From Octopus vulgaris (Eukaryota), in NCBI GenBank assembly GCA_951406725.2, contig OX597840.1, positions 3,782,001 through 3,846,000 of the forward strand: a stretch of 64,000 bases of DNA, in the 5' to 3' direction. Position numbers and translations under genes: made by a program. Of the stretch, positions 47,314 through 60,673 are shown piece by piece. Below the pieces are notes generated by a model that worked only from the letters and a program-made list of their open reading frames with translations, made no database searches and was not told the origin of the DNA. Position 1 is the stretch's first letter, and each line of letters opens with the position of its first letter.

Positions 47314-47795
47314 AGAAGCTTGCTTATCAACCACATGGTTCCGGGTTCAGTCCCACTGCGTAGCACTTTGAGCAAGTGTCTTCTACAATAGCCTCGACCG
47401 ACCAAAGCGTTGTGAGAGTATTTAGTAGACGGAAACGGAAACTGAGAGAAGCCCTTCATATATAAATATGGCACCTTGGGCAAGTGTCTTCTACTATAGC
47501 CTCGGACCAACTAAGGCCGTGTGAATGGATTTGGTGGAAGGAAACTGATACAAACCTGCCGTATGTGTGTGTGTGTATACATTTATGTGTGTGTATCGGG
47601 GTTCGTCTCCCCATCATTGGTTGACAACCGATGGTGGAGTGTTTAGCACTCCATAACTTAGCGGTTTGGCTATAGAGATCGATAGAATAAGTACTAAGCT
47701 TTCAAAGAGTGAATCCTGTGGTCGCTTTCTTCGACTAAAAGGCGGTGCTCCAGCATGGCCCCAGTCAAATGACTGAAACAAGTAAAAGAATAAAA
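47314..47795 (+). mobile_element. Family B SINE variant, copy 2 (head start displaced to about 46780-46813)
   Basis: Shares private variants (ggaaacggaaac, gtgagagtatttag) with 46335-46760. Confidence 0.88.
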
Positions 47796-47796
47796 T

Positions 47797-47871
<75 letters not shown>

Positions 47872-47954
47872 ATGTGTATGTATGTAAACGAACACATACC
47901 CACACTCTTATACATGCATGCATACACATATATGTACACGTTAATCACAAACCT

Positions 47955-48136
47955 ACGTTTGTAGCCTTTCATATTAACACCTGTTGATTCCCATTCAGTC
48001 CCTTCTGTAGACACAGCAGAAACCTGGCAGGTAAATCACACAAGTGTTTGATGCTGTAGAAGAATTTTTTGTTATATTTAATGTCAGGCAGAAGATGAAG
48101 AAAACTTTTGTGTGAGATCATTGCCACCTGTCTCAA
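47955..48136 (+). repeat. Unclassified dispersed repeat, copy 2
   Basis: See 43812-43990. Confidence 0.85.
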
Positions 48137-48319
48137 TAGACATGCAATTAGATAGATGAGTAGGTAGGAAGGTTGGTAGATAGATATATAGAGATAGACA
48201 GCTAGATAGATTGATAGACAGAGAGGGAGGCAGACACACAAGCAAACTGACAGACACACACACAGACAGACAGGCAGGCAAGCAGACACATAGGTAGACA
48301 GACAGACAGATAGACAGAC

Positions 48320-48393
<74 letters not shown>

Positions 48394-48511
48394 TTAGATA
48401 AACAGCTAGCAAGATAGATACACAGACAAGCAGGCAGACACACAGACAGATAGGCGGGCAGACAGACAGACACATAGAGAGGTATGAAAACAGACATATA
48501 TACAGACAGGC

Positions 48512-48694
<183 letters not shown>

Positions 48695-49400
48695 CTGATT
48701 GATAGATGAACAGACAAACAGACGGATAGATACATACCTATATATATATACATACATACATACATACATACATACATACATACATACATACATACATACA
48801 TACATGCATACTCTTCTAGAGGTAAAAAAAAACGAAAGTAAAAATGCACTTCATACGTGTCATGGCTGATATCTTTCGATGTTTAACAGTTTGTGACTAA
48901 GGTGTGCATTACACTGAGTCTTAAAATAATTAAACAACTTTAAAAATAGGAATAGAAACATCTCGTGTAGTTTCACATTGACAGCCATAAAACGTGTGCG
49001 TGCAACAGCAAACGTACGAAATCCGCCATCTTTCTTAGTACATCAAAACATTATAAAACATCATAAAAATGAGAGTTATTTGCTCTCGTTGTGTTTACCG
49101 CTGTGATAACATTGCTTAATAAATTGTAAAGTTTGCCATTTTGATAGATATAAAGAGATGCATACGCAGGTGCAGAATAAAAAGATAAGGGCATTCGACG
49201 CGTGTCATGCAGGTTAAATTCTTGTTGGCCAAGCAAATGACGAAGTAGCTAGAATTTCAAAACCTAGGGTGCACACATGTGTGTGTATGTTTTTGTGTAT
49301 CTGTGTGTGTTTGTGTGTGTTTATACAATCGCACGCTGAGGAAATTATTCTCATGTGTTACAATGTACGGCTAATTGCTTTCTCTTTACTGAAACACAGC

Positions 49401-49712
49401 TTGTTGTTGTTGTTGTTCCTTCTCAAGCCACACCTGGCTCATTAGGGCCGGTTTCCCGGTTTCCTTGACGTATAGGTTCCCCACCTGGACAGGACGCCGG
49501 TCCGTCGCAGGTGAGCTGCAATATGTAGAAGGAAAGAGTGAAAGAAAGTTGTGGCGAAAGAGTCAGCAGAAGTTCGCCATTACCTTCTGCCGGAGCCGCG
49601 TGAAGCTTAGGTGTTTCGCTCACAAACACACACATCGCTCGGTCTGAGATTCGAATCTGTGATCCCTCGACCGCGAGTCCACTGCTCTAACCACTAGGCC
49701 ATATGCCTCCAC
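49401..49712 (-). mobile_element. Family D SINE, tail variant 3 with (CAA)n end
   Basis: Head ggaggcatatggcctagtggttagagcagtggactcgcgg; body homologous to the other D copies; short acacag direct repeat on both sides. Confidence 0.87.
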
Positions 49713-50029
49713 ACAGGTATATTTTATAAAGCTCAAAATATCAATTACATTTCCTACATTTATTGACTAGCCTTTCCGAAAATTTGGTGGCCTTCTTCTT
49801 ATAGCACTAAATAAAGGAGAAAACTGTCAATTTTATCTGAGCCCATATTGTTCAAATACTTCATGTTCTAGTGCAAATTATATATACATATATATATATA
49901 TATAATTATTTATCCTTCTCCCAAAAAGTCAGTCAACTTCCTACATGTTACCCTCGACCTGTAATCAATTATCTATAAATCAATTATCTATATATATATA
50001 ATCAATTATCTATATATATATATATACAA

Positions 50030-50192
50030 AGTGCTTCATTCAGTTTCCGTCTACCAGATCCACTCATAAGGTTATGGTCGGCCCGAGTCGATAGTAGAAG
50101 ACACTTATCCAAGGTGCTACGAAGTGGAACTGAACCCGAAACCATGTGGTTGGGAAGCAAGCTTCTTAATACACGTCCACGTCTTCGCCTGC
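50030..50192 (-). mobile_element. Family B SINE 5' half
   Basis: cagtttccgtctaccagatccactca...gaacccgaaaccatgtggttgggaagcaagct. Confidence 0.85.
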
Positions 50193-50281
50193 ATATATAT
50201 ATATTCAAATCTATATGTACATATGTATGTGTATTTATATATATATACATGTATGTATATATGTACATACATATATATACA

Positions 50282-50770
50282 CAGGAGCCCGAGGACAGTT
50301 ATGGAACGTTGATAAGGAATTTGCACCCAAGATACCCTTTCAGTTTCATATGAACAGGAGACGTAACCAATCTGCTTACAGCAAAATATGGCGGAACTTG
50401 GGATCTCGGTAGGAGAATGTAACCCCTTAATTCATGCTCTACAAATGATCACGATATCCGTAACAATAAGAATCTGCAAGATATTCTAATATTTAAAAGA
50501 CGATGAGAAAAAGAATATGCTTTCATTCGAAACCTTGCTATCATGGAAATTAACACGAAATTCAAAAGAGGATAAGAACATTCACACATGAAATGAGACC
50601 CGGCAAGACTTCTGGAATTTGCCCGTCAAGAACAGACTAATTGGACTCGTCTTCCTACATTGTCCGCTGACGATCAATCTATTTCAAAACACCTGGTTGT
50701 CTCCCTTATTTAAATCGATAGCAATTGAAATAACGGCCATTGTATCTCGTCTGTGAAACTTTGACAAATG
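50282..50770 (+). mobile_element. Probable Penelope-like fragment (linker region plus pLTR)
   Basis: RNNKNLQDILI resembles the PLE linker motif RRxKNLxDIL; ccg-CTGACGA...GAAA-taa-cgg at 50664-50736; TA-rich flanks. Confidence 0.45.
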
Positions 50771-50804
50771 CAGATTTTATTCACAGACACCTTTATATGT
50801 ATTC

Positions 50805-50852
<48 letters not shown>

Positions 50853-51079
50853 ATACAGGACAGAGAGAGATATATATACATATATTTCTAGAAATTTATG
50901 TGCATATATATATAGACGTATATATATGGATATATATACACACACAAACATTAATATATTCATATACTTGTGTGTGTGTGGTGTGTGCACTAACGTCTAA
51001 TCAATGTAAATTTCTATGCATATATGCATATACGATACATAATTTGAAAAGAGAGAATATATATATAGATAAATAGATG

Positions 51080-51121
<42 letters not shown>

Positions 51122-51197
51122 CAAAATCAAATATACATTTATATACTAACTAGTCAATACACACATATACAAACTTGTTATGCGCACATACCTAAGC

Positions 51198-51309
<112 letters not shown>

Positions 51310-52070
51310 TTAGACTAAGTGAAAGTGAAAGTCAAAGACAGAGGAAAGAAGAGGAGTAAAGAGTAACAAAACAGACACATGCGGAGACAAACAATAAGGT
51401 TGCCAGAAACACGTATGTGCATACATACATACATACGTACATATATGCATGTGTGTGTGTATGTCTGCGTGTGTGTGTGTGTGCGTGTGTGTGTGTGTGT
51501 GCGTGGATGTGTGAGTGTGTGTGTTAGAACATGTGTTCGTTTGAATGTTGCCAGCCAACAAATGGTCAGATTCCACTGTTACCAAAGTGAGAGAAACGTC
51601 TTCTGTTGTCTGTACACAATCATACTCCATGCTGTGTAAACTGTAACGAACTATTCATTATCAGATTCTTCAGCTTACCATTGTTTCTTACATGTTGGCA
51701 TCAGTATATACATACATATACAAATATATATATATGTATATATATAAAGCTATATATAATGCGTATGTGCGTATGTGTGAGTCTTTTGTGTGCTGGTGCG
51801 TGTGTGAAGATACGTATCGCAACGTTTATACATGTGTGCAGATAGGTGCAGATTTGTAAAGATGTGTGTGCAGGTACATACGCATGGTGTGTACAGACAC
51901 GGGTTTCGTTTCATCTACTATGCGTTTATGCACGTATGTATATGTGTGGATATGTGTGGATATGTGTATTTTTCTATGCACTACCATAGATAAACGCTAA
52001 CACACATATATGCATACACCATATCTGCCCACATACATAAATACTTGTATATATGTGAAAGTTTTGTATA

Positions 52071-52141
<71 letters not shown>

Positions 52142-52371
52142 CATACATACATAAATACATACATACATACATACATATATACATACATACATGCATACAT
52201 ACATACACACATACATACATATATATACATGCATACATACATACATGCATATATACATACGCATGTAGATATTACATATATACACAATATATACATATAT
52301 ATATTTATATATATACACACATTATAAATACATTATTCCTTGAAATGTGTACTTACGTTTGTGCACGCAAG

Positions 52372-52413
52372 TGTATTTTTACGTTCTTAATATATGTGCA
52401 TATATATGCTCAG

Positions 52414-52461
<48 letters not shown>

Positions 52462-52528
52462 TATATATATATAACATATAACTGAGCATATATATGCTCA
52501 TATATTAAGATGTACACGTAAAAATACA
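52372..52528. repeat. Quasi-palindrome centred on (TA)n
   Basis: tgtatttttacgt-tcttaatatatgtgcatatatatgctcagttatatgt is mirrored by acatataactgagcatatatatgctcatatattaaga-(tgtac)-acgtaaaaataca. Confidence 0.9.
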
Positions 52529-52783
52529 TATATATATATATATATACATACATACACAGAAACACAAACTCACCCACATAGGCATGCATATATATATATA
52601 TATGTGAGTGTGTGTGTGTATACATATATATACGCTTGTATTCGTGTTGGTGGGTGTTTACAGATAAATATTCATGTGTTACGTAACATAAACATTTGTT
52701 TGTGGGTGCGTTGTTTTGATTTCTCTGTCACAGGTTTCACCTCGCTATACATATGTTTTTCATCTGCATATATATACATATAT

Positions 52784-52859
<76 letters not shown>

Positions 52860-53207
52860 CATGTTGTTGTTGTTATTCCTGTTGCTTCTATTGTACGTAT
52901 GATCATATTTTTGTCTTCTGTTATTATTGTTGTGGTTGTTGTACCAGCTGCCGTTGTTGTCATTGCTACTACTGCTGCTACTGCTGCTACTGGTTCTTTC
53001 TACTTCTCTGCTACTGTTGTTTTTGCTGTTGCTGCTGCTGCTGCTGCTGCTGTTGTTGCTGTTGTGAAGACAATGGTCTGTTTTGGCATGAACCGTTTAT
53101 TATTGCTAACGATTTTAGTTTTTCAGACATACTGTTCCACGCCATCATTACATGGCTATATTCTATAAAATATACGTGTTCATGTTTGTATCCTTGTATT
53201 ATCTGAG

Positions 53208-53280
<73 letters not shown>

Positions 53281-53281
53281 G

Positions 53282-53316
<35 letters not shown>

Positions 53317-53325
53317 ATATTTATG

Positions 53326-53356
<31 letters not shown>

Positions 53357-53446
53357 AATATATATTTATATATATATGTATATATACATATGAATATATA
53401 TATATATACATGAATATGTATATATATATATATATATACATTTATG

Positions 53447-53534
<88 letters not shown>

Positions 53535-53716
53535 CAGAGACAGAGACAGAAAGAGTGATGTATATTTATATGCATAGAGATATGTGTGTGTAAAACAACA
53601 AACAGATGTTTGTTCATGTGAGAATCCAAATTTGGTTGTAGAATCAAATTTTATAATAAAAACATTAGTTTACCATGTCTTCAACTTTCGCCTCTGTCTT
53701 TAGATGTATTATAGAT

Positions 53717-54428
53717 GCAGACGTAGGTGTGTGGTAAGAAGCTTGATTCCAAACCACATGGACCCTAGTTCATCTTCACTGCGTAGCACCTTGGGCAAGT
53801 TTTTCTCTCCTATAGCTTCGGGCCAAACAAAACATTGCGAGTGGATTTGGTAGACGGAAATTAGAAGACCGTAGTATATATACGTGTGTACATGTCAGTG
53901 TGTTTCTTTGTGTCTGTGTTTTCCCCCTACCACCGCTTCACAACCGGTGTTCGTGTGTTTGCGTCCTCGTAACTTAGCGGCTGGGCCATGGAAACCGATA
54001 GAAAAAGTCCCAGGTTTAAAAACTAAATGTAATGGGTCGGCCACTCATTCGACTAAATATTCTTCAAGGCGTTGCCCCGGCATGGCCGCAGTATAATGAC
54101 TGAAACACGTAGCAGGTAAAAGATACGTAACGCGAGACAAAAGATACTCGGTACATTACTGTATTCGTATTTTTCTCTTTTCATTTACCCCAGTGGTTCT
54201 CGACACTATTCTATCAATGGATCTCTTTGATTCCTGTTTTGACAACCGATGTTACTGTGTTTACGTCCCCATATAATATAGTACCTGGCTTTATAATATA
54301 AAGCGATATAATAAGTACCTGGCTTTACAAAAAAAAAACAAATACTACGGCCGGTAAGGTCGACTAAAATTCTTTAAGGAGATACTCCAGTATGGCCGCA
54401 ATCTAATGAATGAAACAAGTAAGAGAGA
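53717..54428 (+). mobile_element. Diverged family B SINE (53717-54122) plus a second 3' half (54240-54428)
   Basis: gcaccttgggcaag, gagtggatttggtagacggaaa, atggccgca...tgaaaca twice. Confidence 0.8.
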
Positions 54429-54689
54429 AATTATAAAATATAAATGATGTATCCAACATAAATCACAAAAGTATACAGGGAAATAACATCAATAGTAACA
54501 AGAACAACCGTCATGAATGAATTTTGCGAAATCATTCTGTATTATTCGAGAGACTCCAGTAATTACTGGTACATTTTGGCTTGTCTTTCTCCAATAAAAA
54601 AATCCCGATTTATTGACTTGATATGTTCTTCTGCATCATTTCACTTATCACCGCCTAATTTATTCATTTGATAATTTACTCTTTACATG

Positions 54690-54925
54690 TAGGTCTTTAG
54701 CAACCATACATATCTTGAGAACGATGTGGAGGTACTTCTTTTCATCGTATGCAATGGTAGATTTATGGTTAAAAAAGCATTATTTAAAAATAAGCTCATA
54801 AAATTCACTGTAATATCTCGCAGTTCTCTTTTCTTTACCCTCTTGGGATGCAATTTTATCTTTGTAGATAATTGCTTTACAAATTAATTTTACCCATTGA
54901 GACAAAACCTCTTCTTCGTCTTATA
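54690..54925 (-). pseudogene. Penelope-like GIY-YIG endonuclease fragment (Naiad-like)
   Basis: Minus-strand translation AIIYKDKI...RYYSEFYELIFK*CFFNHKSTI...STSFSRYVWLLK matches the IIYKA..YYIG...FKxRxxNHKSSF...STxLSKYVWxLK pattern. Confidence 0.7.
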
Positions 54926-54989
54926 CCTATATTTGTTTCTTGTGTTGTCCTCTTATAACATATTTGTATTTCGATGTTCATAATATCGA

Positions 54990-55112
54990 TTTCTTACATT
55001 GGCACAAGGCCACTCACTTTTTTGAAAGACATAGTTGAATAAAGCAGGCTGTATTATGTTATCGATCTCTCTTTATGAAAGGCAAAGTTCATTTTGGTGT
55101 CATTCAAACTCA
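54990..55112 (-). mobile_element. Very degenerate family A SINE remnant
   Basis: ggcacaaggcc...ttatcgatc...atgaaaggcaaagtt. Confidence 0.5.
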
Positions 55113-55361
55113 AAGCATGTGAAAACACATGTGAAGACACTGGTTAACACGAAGTCACTTCTGGTTATATTTGATATTACATTTTATTAAGTAGCAAGCT
55201 ATTTTACAGTCTGCGTTGCCTAAACTTGGCTAATTGGCTAAGAGTTTTATCTTCTCTCCAAACCCAATTCCCAATAAGTCATTTTGGGAATTTGTAGAAG
55301 ATTTTTACTTACGGTTGATGGAGCTAAAGAATTATCAGATATTCTATTAGTACTCTATTCT

Positions 55362-55774
55362 TATTTCTTTATTGTCCACAAAGGGCTAAACATAGAGGGG
55401 ACAAACAAGGACAGACATAGGTATTAAGTCAATTACATCGACCCAGTGCGTAACTGGTACTTAATTTATCGACCCCGAAAGGATGAAAGGTAAAGTCGAC
55501 CCCGGCGGAATTTGAACTCAGATTATAAAGACAGACGAAATACCTATTTCTTTACTACCCACAAGGGGTTAAACACAAAGGGGACAAACAAGGACAGACA
55601 AATGGATTAAGTCGATTACATTTACCCCAGTGCGTAACTGGTACTTAATTTATCGACCCCGAAAGGATGAAAGGCAAAGTCGACCTCGGCGGAATTTGAA
55701 CTCAGAACGTAACGCAGACGAAATACCGCTAAGCATTTCGCCCGGCGTGCTAACGACTCTGCCAGCTCGCCGCC
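55362..55774 (-). mobile_element. Family A SINE dimer (head + unit/tail1 x2)
   Basis: Junction gacgaaatac|ctatttcttt at 55543/4; 15-bp TSD ttagt(a/g)ctctattct at 55347-55361 and 55775-55789. Confidence 0.93.
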
Positions 55775-55799
55775 TTAGTGCTCTATTCTGTTACTAATA

Positions 55800-55869
<70 letters not shown>

Positions 55870-56271
55870 AACAAAGCCTGCATGCATGTATGTATGTATG
55901 AAACTTTCACGCACATGTTTAAATTCTTAGTTTATGAACAGAAGTTTCTCGCTCGGTATTTCTGTTGACTAAGTAGTACCTTTCGGTAAGAAACTGCTGA
56001 GTTTTGTTATACCACATCAACAACAGTACCCACCACCAGCACCACCACTCCATCACAACTATCGCCAGCACCACCACTGCCACACATAATAGTCAATGAC
56101 GACACACTGCCGAAGTCCACTCGCCGCCTTTACAACCGCTGCTATGAACACACAAAAGCACACAAGTCACCCACGTACACATACCAACACATACCGAGAT
56201 ACGCCAAGACACGAATACATAGAAATAACACGCCAGCGCGACGATGCTCCGCCAAAACAACTCCGTGAAAA

Positions 56272-56365
<94 letters not shown>

Positions 56366-56370
56366 AATAT

Positions 56371-56651
56371 ATACTTTATAATTAAGGTTCAGCAGAGATT
56401 TGCTTCACCACATACCGAAGTTTAGAAATAGCAGTCAAAAAATCTTAGCTATTCCATCTACTTTAAAAGGGGCTCCCAGAAAAACCAAATTACTTGAAAA
56501 CAATCCAAGCAGGCAAAAGGGAAAAATAACGAAAGTCAATCGGTATTAGCCCCTTTTAAAGTAGAAGGAATAGCTAAGATTTTTTGACTGCTATTTCTAA
56601 ACTTCGGTATGTGGTGAAGCAAATCTTTGCTGAACCCTAATTATAAAGTAT
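56371..56651. repeat. 104-bp inverted repeat (3 mismatches) with a 73-bp spacer
   Basis: 56371-56474 is the reverse complement of 56548-56651; the left arm starts at the edge of (TA)n. Confidence 0.95.
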
Positions 56652-56713
56652 TACTTAAGCTTACCATGAATTGGTCTTTTCCATGCCGAATTCTACTTGG
56701 TGAAATTACTGAT

Positions 56714-57075
56714 TACTCTTTTACTCTTTACTCTTTTACTTGTTTCAGTCATTTGACTGCGGCCATGCTGGAGCACCGCCTTTAGTCGAGCAACTCGACC
56801 CCAGAACTTATTCTTTGTAAGCCCAGTACTTATTCTATCGGTCTCTTTTGCCGAACCGCTAAGTAACGGGGACATAAACACACCAGCATCGGTTGTCAAT
56901 CAATGCTAGGGGGACAAACACAGACACGCAAACACACACGCACACATATATATATATATACATATATACGACGGGCTTCTTTCAGTTTCCGTCTATCAAA
57001 TCCACTCACAAGGCTTTGGTCGACCCGAGGCTCGGAACCATGTTGTTGGTAAACAATCTACTTACGACACAGCCA
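56714..57075 (-). mobile_element. Family B SINE with a deletion in the head
   Basis: Near-identical 3' body to 16250-16440. Confidence 0.9.
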
Positions 57076-57406
57076 CAATACAATAACTGTACAAACACCA
57101 ATATAACAAACATATTGAGCAACACTGCATACACATTAAATACAGACACAACCATCCGCCGCCATCTTTGCTACCACCATTTCTAGAGTCACCTCTACAA
57201 CCTCCACCGTCAGCACATCGCACTACTACAGACACCATCACCACAACCACCGCCGCCGCTGCCGCCACGGCACGTCACACCACCTCTACCACGAACACAA
57301 ACACACTACCACCGATACTACTGCTACTACTACTACTACTACAACTACTAATACTACTACTACTACTACTGCTGCTGTTGCTGCTACTACGACTACTACT
57401 ACTCCA

Positions 57407-57467
<61 letters not shown>

Positions 57468-58037
57468 TAACTACTACTGCTGCTGCTGTTGCTGCTACTA
57501 CGACTACTACTATTGCTGCTGCTGCTACCACACCCCATACTCACTAAACCACCACCACACCAACACTCCATCTCCACCACCACCACCACCCATCCACCCA
57601 CCCAACCATCCACCACTAAACCATCCACGAAGCAGTTTCTTTGACACTGATCCGATTCAAAGACTTATTTATGTAAGATATGAACTTAAGCTGAACTAGA
57701 CGTCAATGTCACGTGGTGGAGGTGGCACCGGTGGCGGCGGCGGTGCCGACGTCGGGGAATGATACTGATGATAGTTATGGTGGTGGTGGTGGCGGCGGCT
57801 GAGGTATTGGTGGTGAGATCGGTTATGGTGAATAGAGTGAAAAGTGATCGTTGCTTTAATAGTAGAAGTGCTGACGGTGGTGGTGGTGATGGTGGTGGTG
57901 GTACTGACGAGGGCGGTGGTGGTCATGGTTGTATTGGTAGAAACGATGAGGGTGGTGGTGGTGGTGGTGGTGGTGATGGTGTTGCTGGTACTGCTGACGG
58001 TGAGATAGTGATGTTAGTGATGACGATAATAATGGCA

Positions 58038-58085
<48 letters not shown>

Positions 58086-58456
58086 GTGGTGATGGTGATG
58101 ATGATGGTGATGGTGGTGATGACGATGATGATGATAATGATGATGATGATGATGATGGTGGTGATGGTGGTGATGACGATGATGATGATGACGACAACGA
58201 CCACGACGACGATGATGACGATGATAATGGTGATGATGAAAATTATGACGATGATGATGATGATCATCATCATCATCGTTGTTTCATTGGTAGTAGCGGT
58301 GATGGCGGTGATGATAGTGGCGGTGCGGGGGTGTGAGGAGATGGATGGATGGTTGGTTGGATGGATCGCGGTTATGATGGTATGATGCCTGTTTACATGA
58401 CGTAGAAAAAGGTTTTGATCGTTCGTGGTGATGGTCGTGGTGGTAATGCTGATACC

Positions 58457-58542
<86 letters not shown>

Positions 58543-58567
58543 CGATGACGATGATGATGATGATGAC

Positions 58568-58598
<31 letters not shown>

Positions 58599-58625
58599 CT
58601 GATGATGATGATGATGATGACGACA

Positions 58626-58676
<51 letters not shown>

Positions 58677-58881
58677 GTGGTGATGACGGTGGTGATGATG
58701 ATGATCATGATGATGATGATGGTCGTGATGGTAGTGGTGGTAGTGGTGGTGATCGTGACAGAGCAAATATGGCGGCGGCGGCGGATAAAAGACGTAAGCA
58801 TTTCTGTTCAGAAATGCTGCCGTTATGCTTCTTGTTGTTACTAAAGCACTTGGCGTTGTTTTGGTTATTGCTGTTATTGTT

Positions 58882-58912
<31 letters not shown>

Positions 58913-59071
58913 ATGATGATGACGATGATGTTGTTGTCGTTGTTGATGTTGTTGTTATTGTTGCTTGTTGCTTGTTTGTCGTTCAGACAGCTTTTATAAT
59001 TAATATATGTAAATGTATTTACCTGCGGATAGAGCATGTATAGAGAGGGTGTATAGATTTATACACACGCA

Positions 59072-59120
<49 letters not shown>

Positions 59121-59364
59121 ATACACACACACGAATACACATTTATATATGAGCTCGAGTGAATATCTGCATCATATATATAGAGTCAGACATATATTCA
59201 TATACACATGTCTATCTATACACACACACACACATATATATACATGCACACACACGCACACACATTATATATAGTATGTGCGTGGGTTTTGAGTGTCTCG
59301 TATGCAAATCTGTGTTTAAATATTGAATATGTTGAAAAAACTGACAGATTTCTGTGACATTCAA

Positions 59365-59426
<62 letters not shown>

Positions 59427-59681
59427 CATATTAGAGGGAAGCCTTTATGTGGACACCCTTATGCAATATCTAATTTCTCACCCACATCTTAAATGTATAT
59501 ATGTGTGTGTGTATGTGTGTGCATGTATGTGTGTATGTATGTATATGTGTGTGCATGTATAAGTGTGTATGTATATATATATGTGTGTGCCTGTATATGT
59601 GTGTGAATGTATCTATGTATGTATGTGGAGGCTCGTGGCCTTATGTGTCTATTCGTGCATATTTATGTATGTGTAAATACA

Positions 59682-59717
<36 letters not shown>

Positions 59718-59720
<3 letters not shown>

Positions 59721-60052
59721 GGTAAAGACCCCCTTCGGTCAGGCACTGACCATGGGTTTGCACCTAGAGAGATACCCTCTGAGGCACAAGTCTGGGCAAG
59801 GTTGTTTTATGGAAGACCAGCAGTCGCCCATGCATACCGGCCTCCCTCTCCACGTCACCGATGTTGTCCAAGGGAAAGGCAAGGGCCGATACAGCTTGGC
59901 ACCTGTGACGTCGCAACTCATTTCTACAGCTGAGTGAACTGGAGCAACGTGAAATAAAGTGCCTTGCTCAAGAACACAACACGCAGCCCCGTCCGGGATT
60001 CGAGCTCACAACCTCACGATCGTAAGCTCGACGCTCTAACCACTGAGCCATG
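59718..60052 (-). mobile_element. Family C SINE, full length
   Basis: Head catggctcagtggttagagcgtcgagcttacgatcgtgagg, central domain and complete 3' tail; flanked by (TA)n. Confidence 0.9.
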
Positions 60053-60067
60053 CAGAATATATATATA

Positions 60068-60264
60068 TTCTGCACAATAGATCCCTAGCCAATACACATT
60101 CTTTATTTTCTCTCCTTGTTTCTTTCTGTGTTCCGTTCTGTGGAAGAGCGTAGGCTCGAAACATTAAAGACTTTTTCACTTCCCAAGCGTTATAGTAATA
60201 CATGTTTGTTGTCCACACCACCTGTCTTCGTCTTTTGTTTTTGCTTTTTGTGAATTCTCGCCCC
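60068..60264 (+). mobile_element. Hammerhead-like element, subfamily H2, copy 1, flanked by (TA)n
   Basis: Homologous to 63081-63250; motif tt-CTGTGGA-a-gagc-gtag-gctc-GAAAC-ATT-aaaga at 60136-60170. Confidence 0.75.
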
Positions 60265-60279
60265 TATATATATATATAT

Positions 60280-60673
60280 TTAAAATAATAAGGGTGAAAA
60301 ATTGAAAATTAATTTGATTAATATCAATTTAATATCAATTTAAAACCAGACGTCTAGCATATTGAAAATTGTGAAGATTCAGAAAAATTATTTTACATAC
60401 ATATAAGAGGGATGACAACTAAGTGGACATCCCTCTCTGCTAGAAGTAGACCCCCTATGGTCTTACCACTAAGAAAGGAATGCTCTCAAAAAAAATTTAG
60501 CAAACATCAGAACTTAAGCGAGCAAGACAAATGAAAAGAAAGAAAATATAAAGATTAATCGCAAACCCAGTTTCGTTGTTACCACTTACGTAATTGTCTT
60601 ACTGGTAAGACCATAGAGGGTCTACTTCTAGCATAATGGATGTCCACTTAGTGGTCATCCCCCTTATATGTAT
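60280..60673. mobile_element. (TA)n-flanked insert with a ~70-bp inverted repeat (60397-60468 vs 60603-60673); probable Penelope-like end with inversion
   Basis: atacatataagagggatgacaactaagtggacatcc...tatggtcttacca is mirrored downstream with a few mismatches. Confidence 0.65.
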
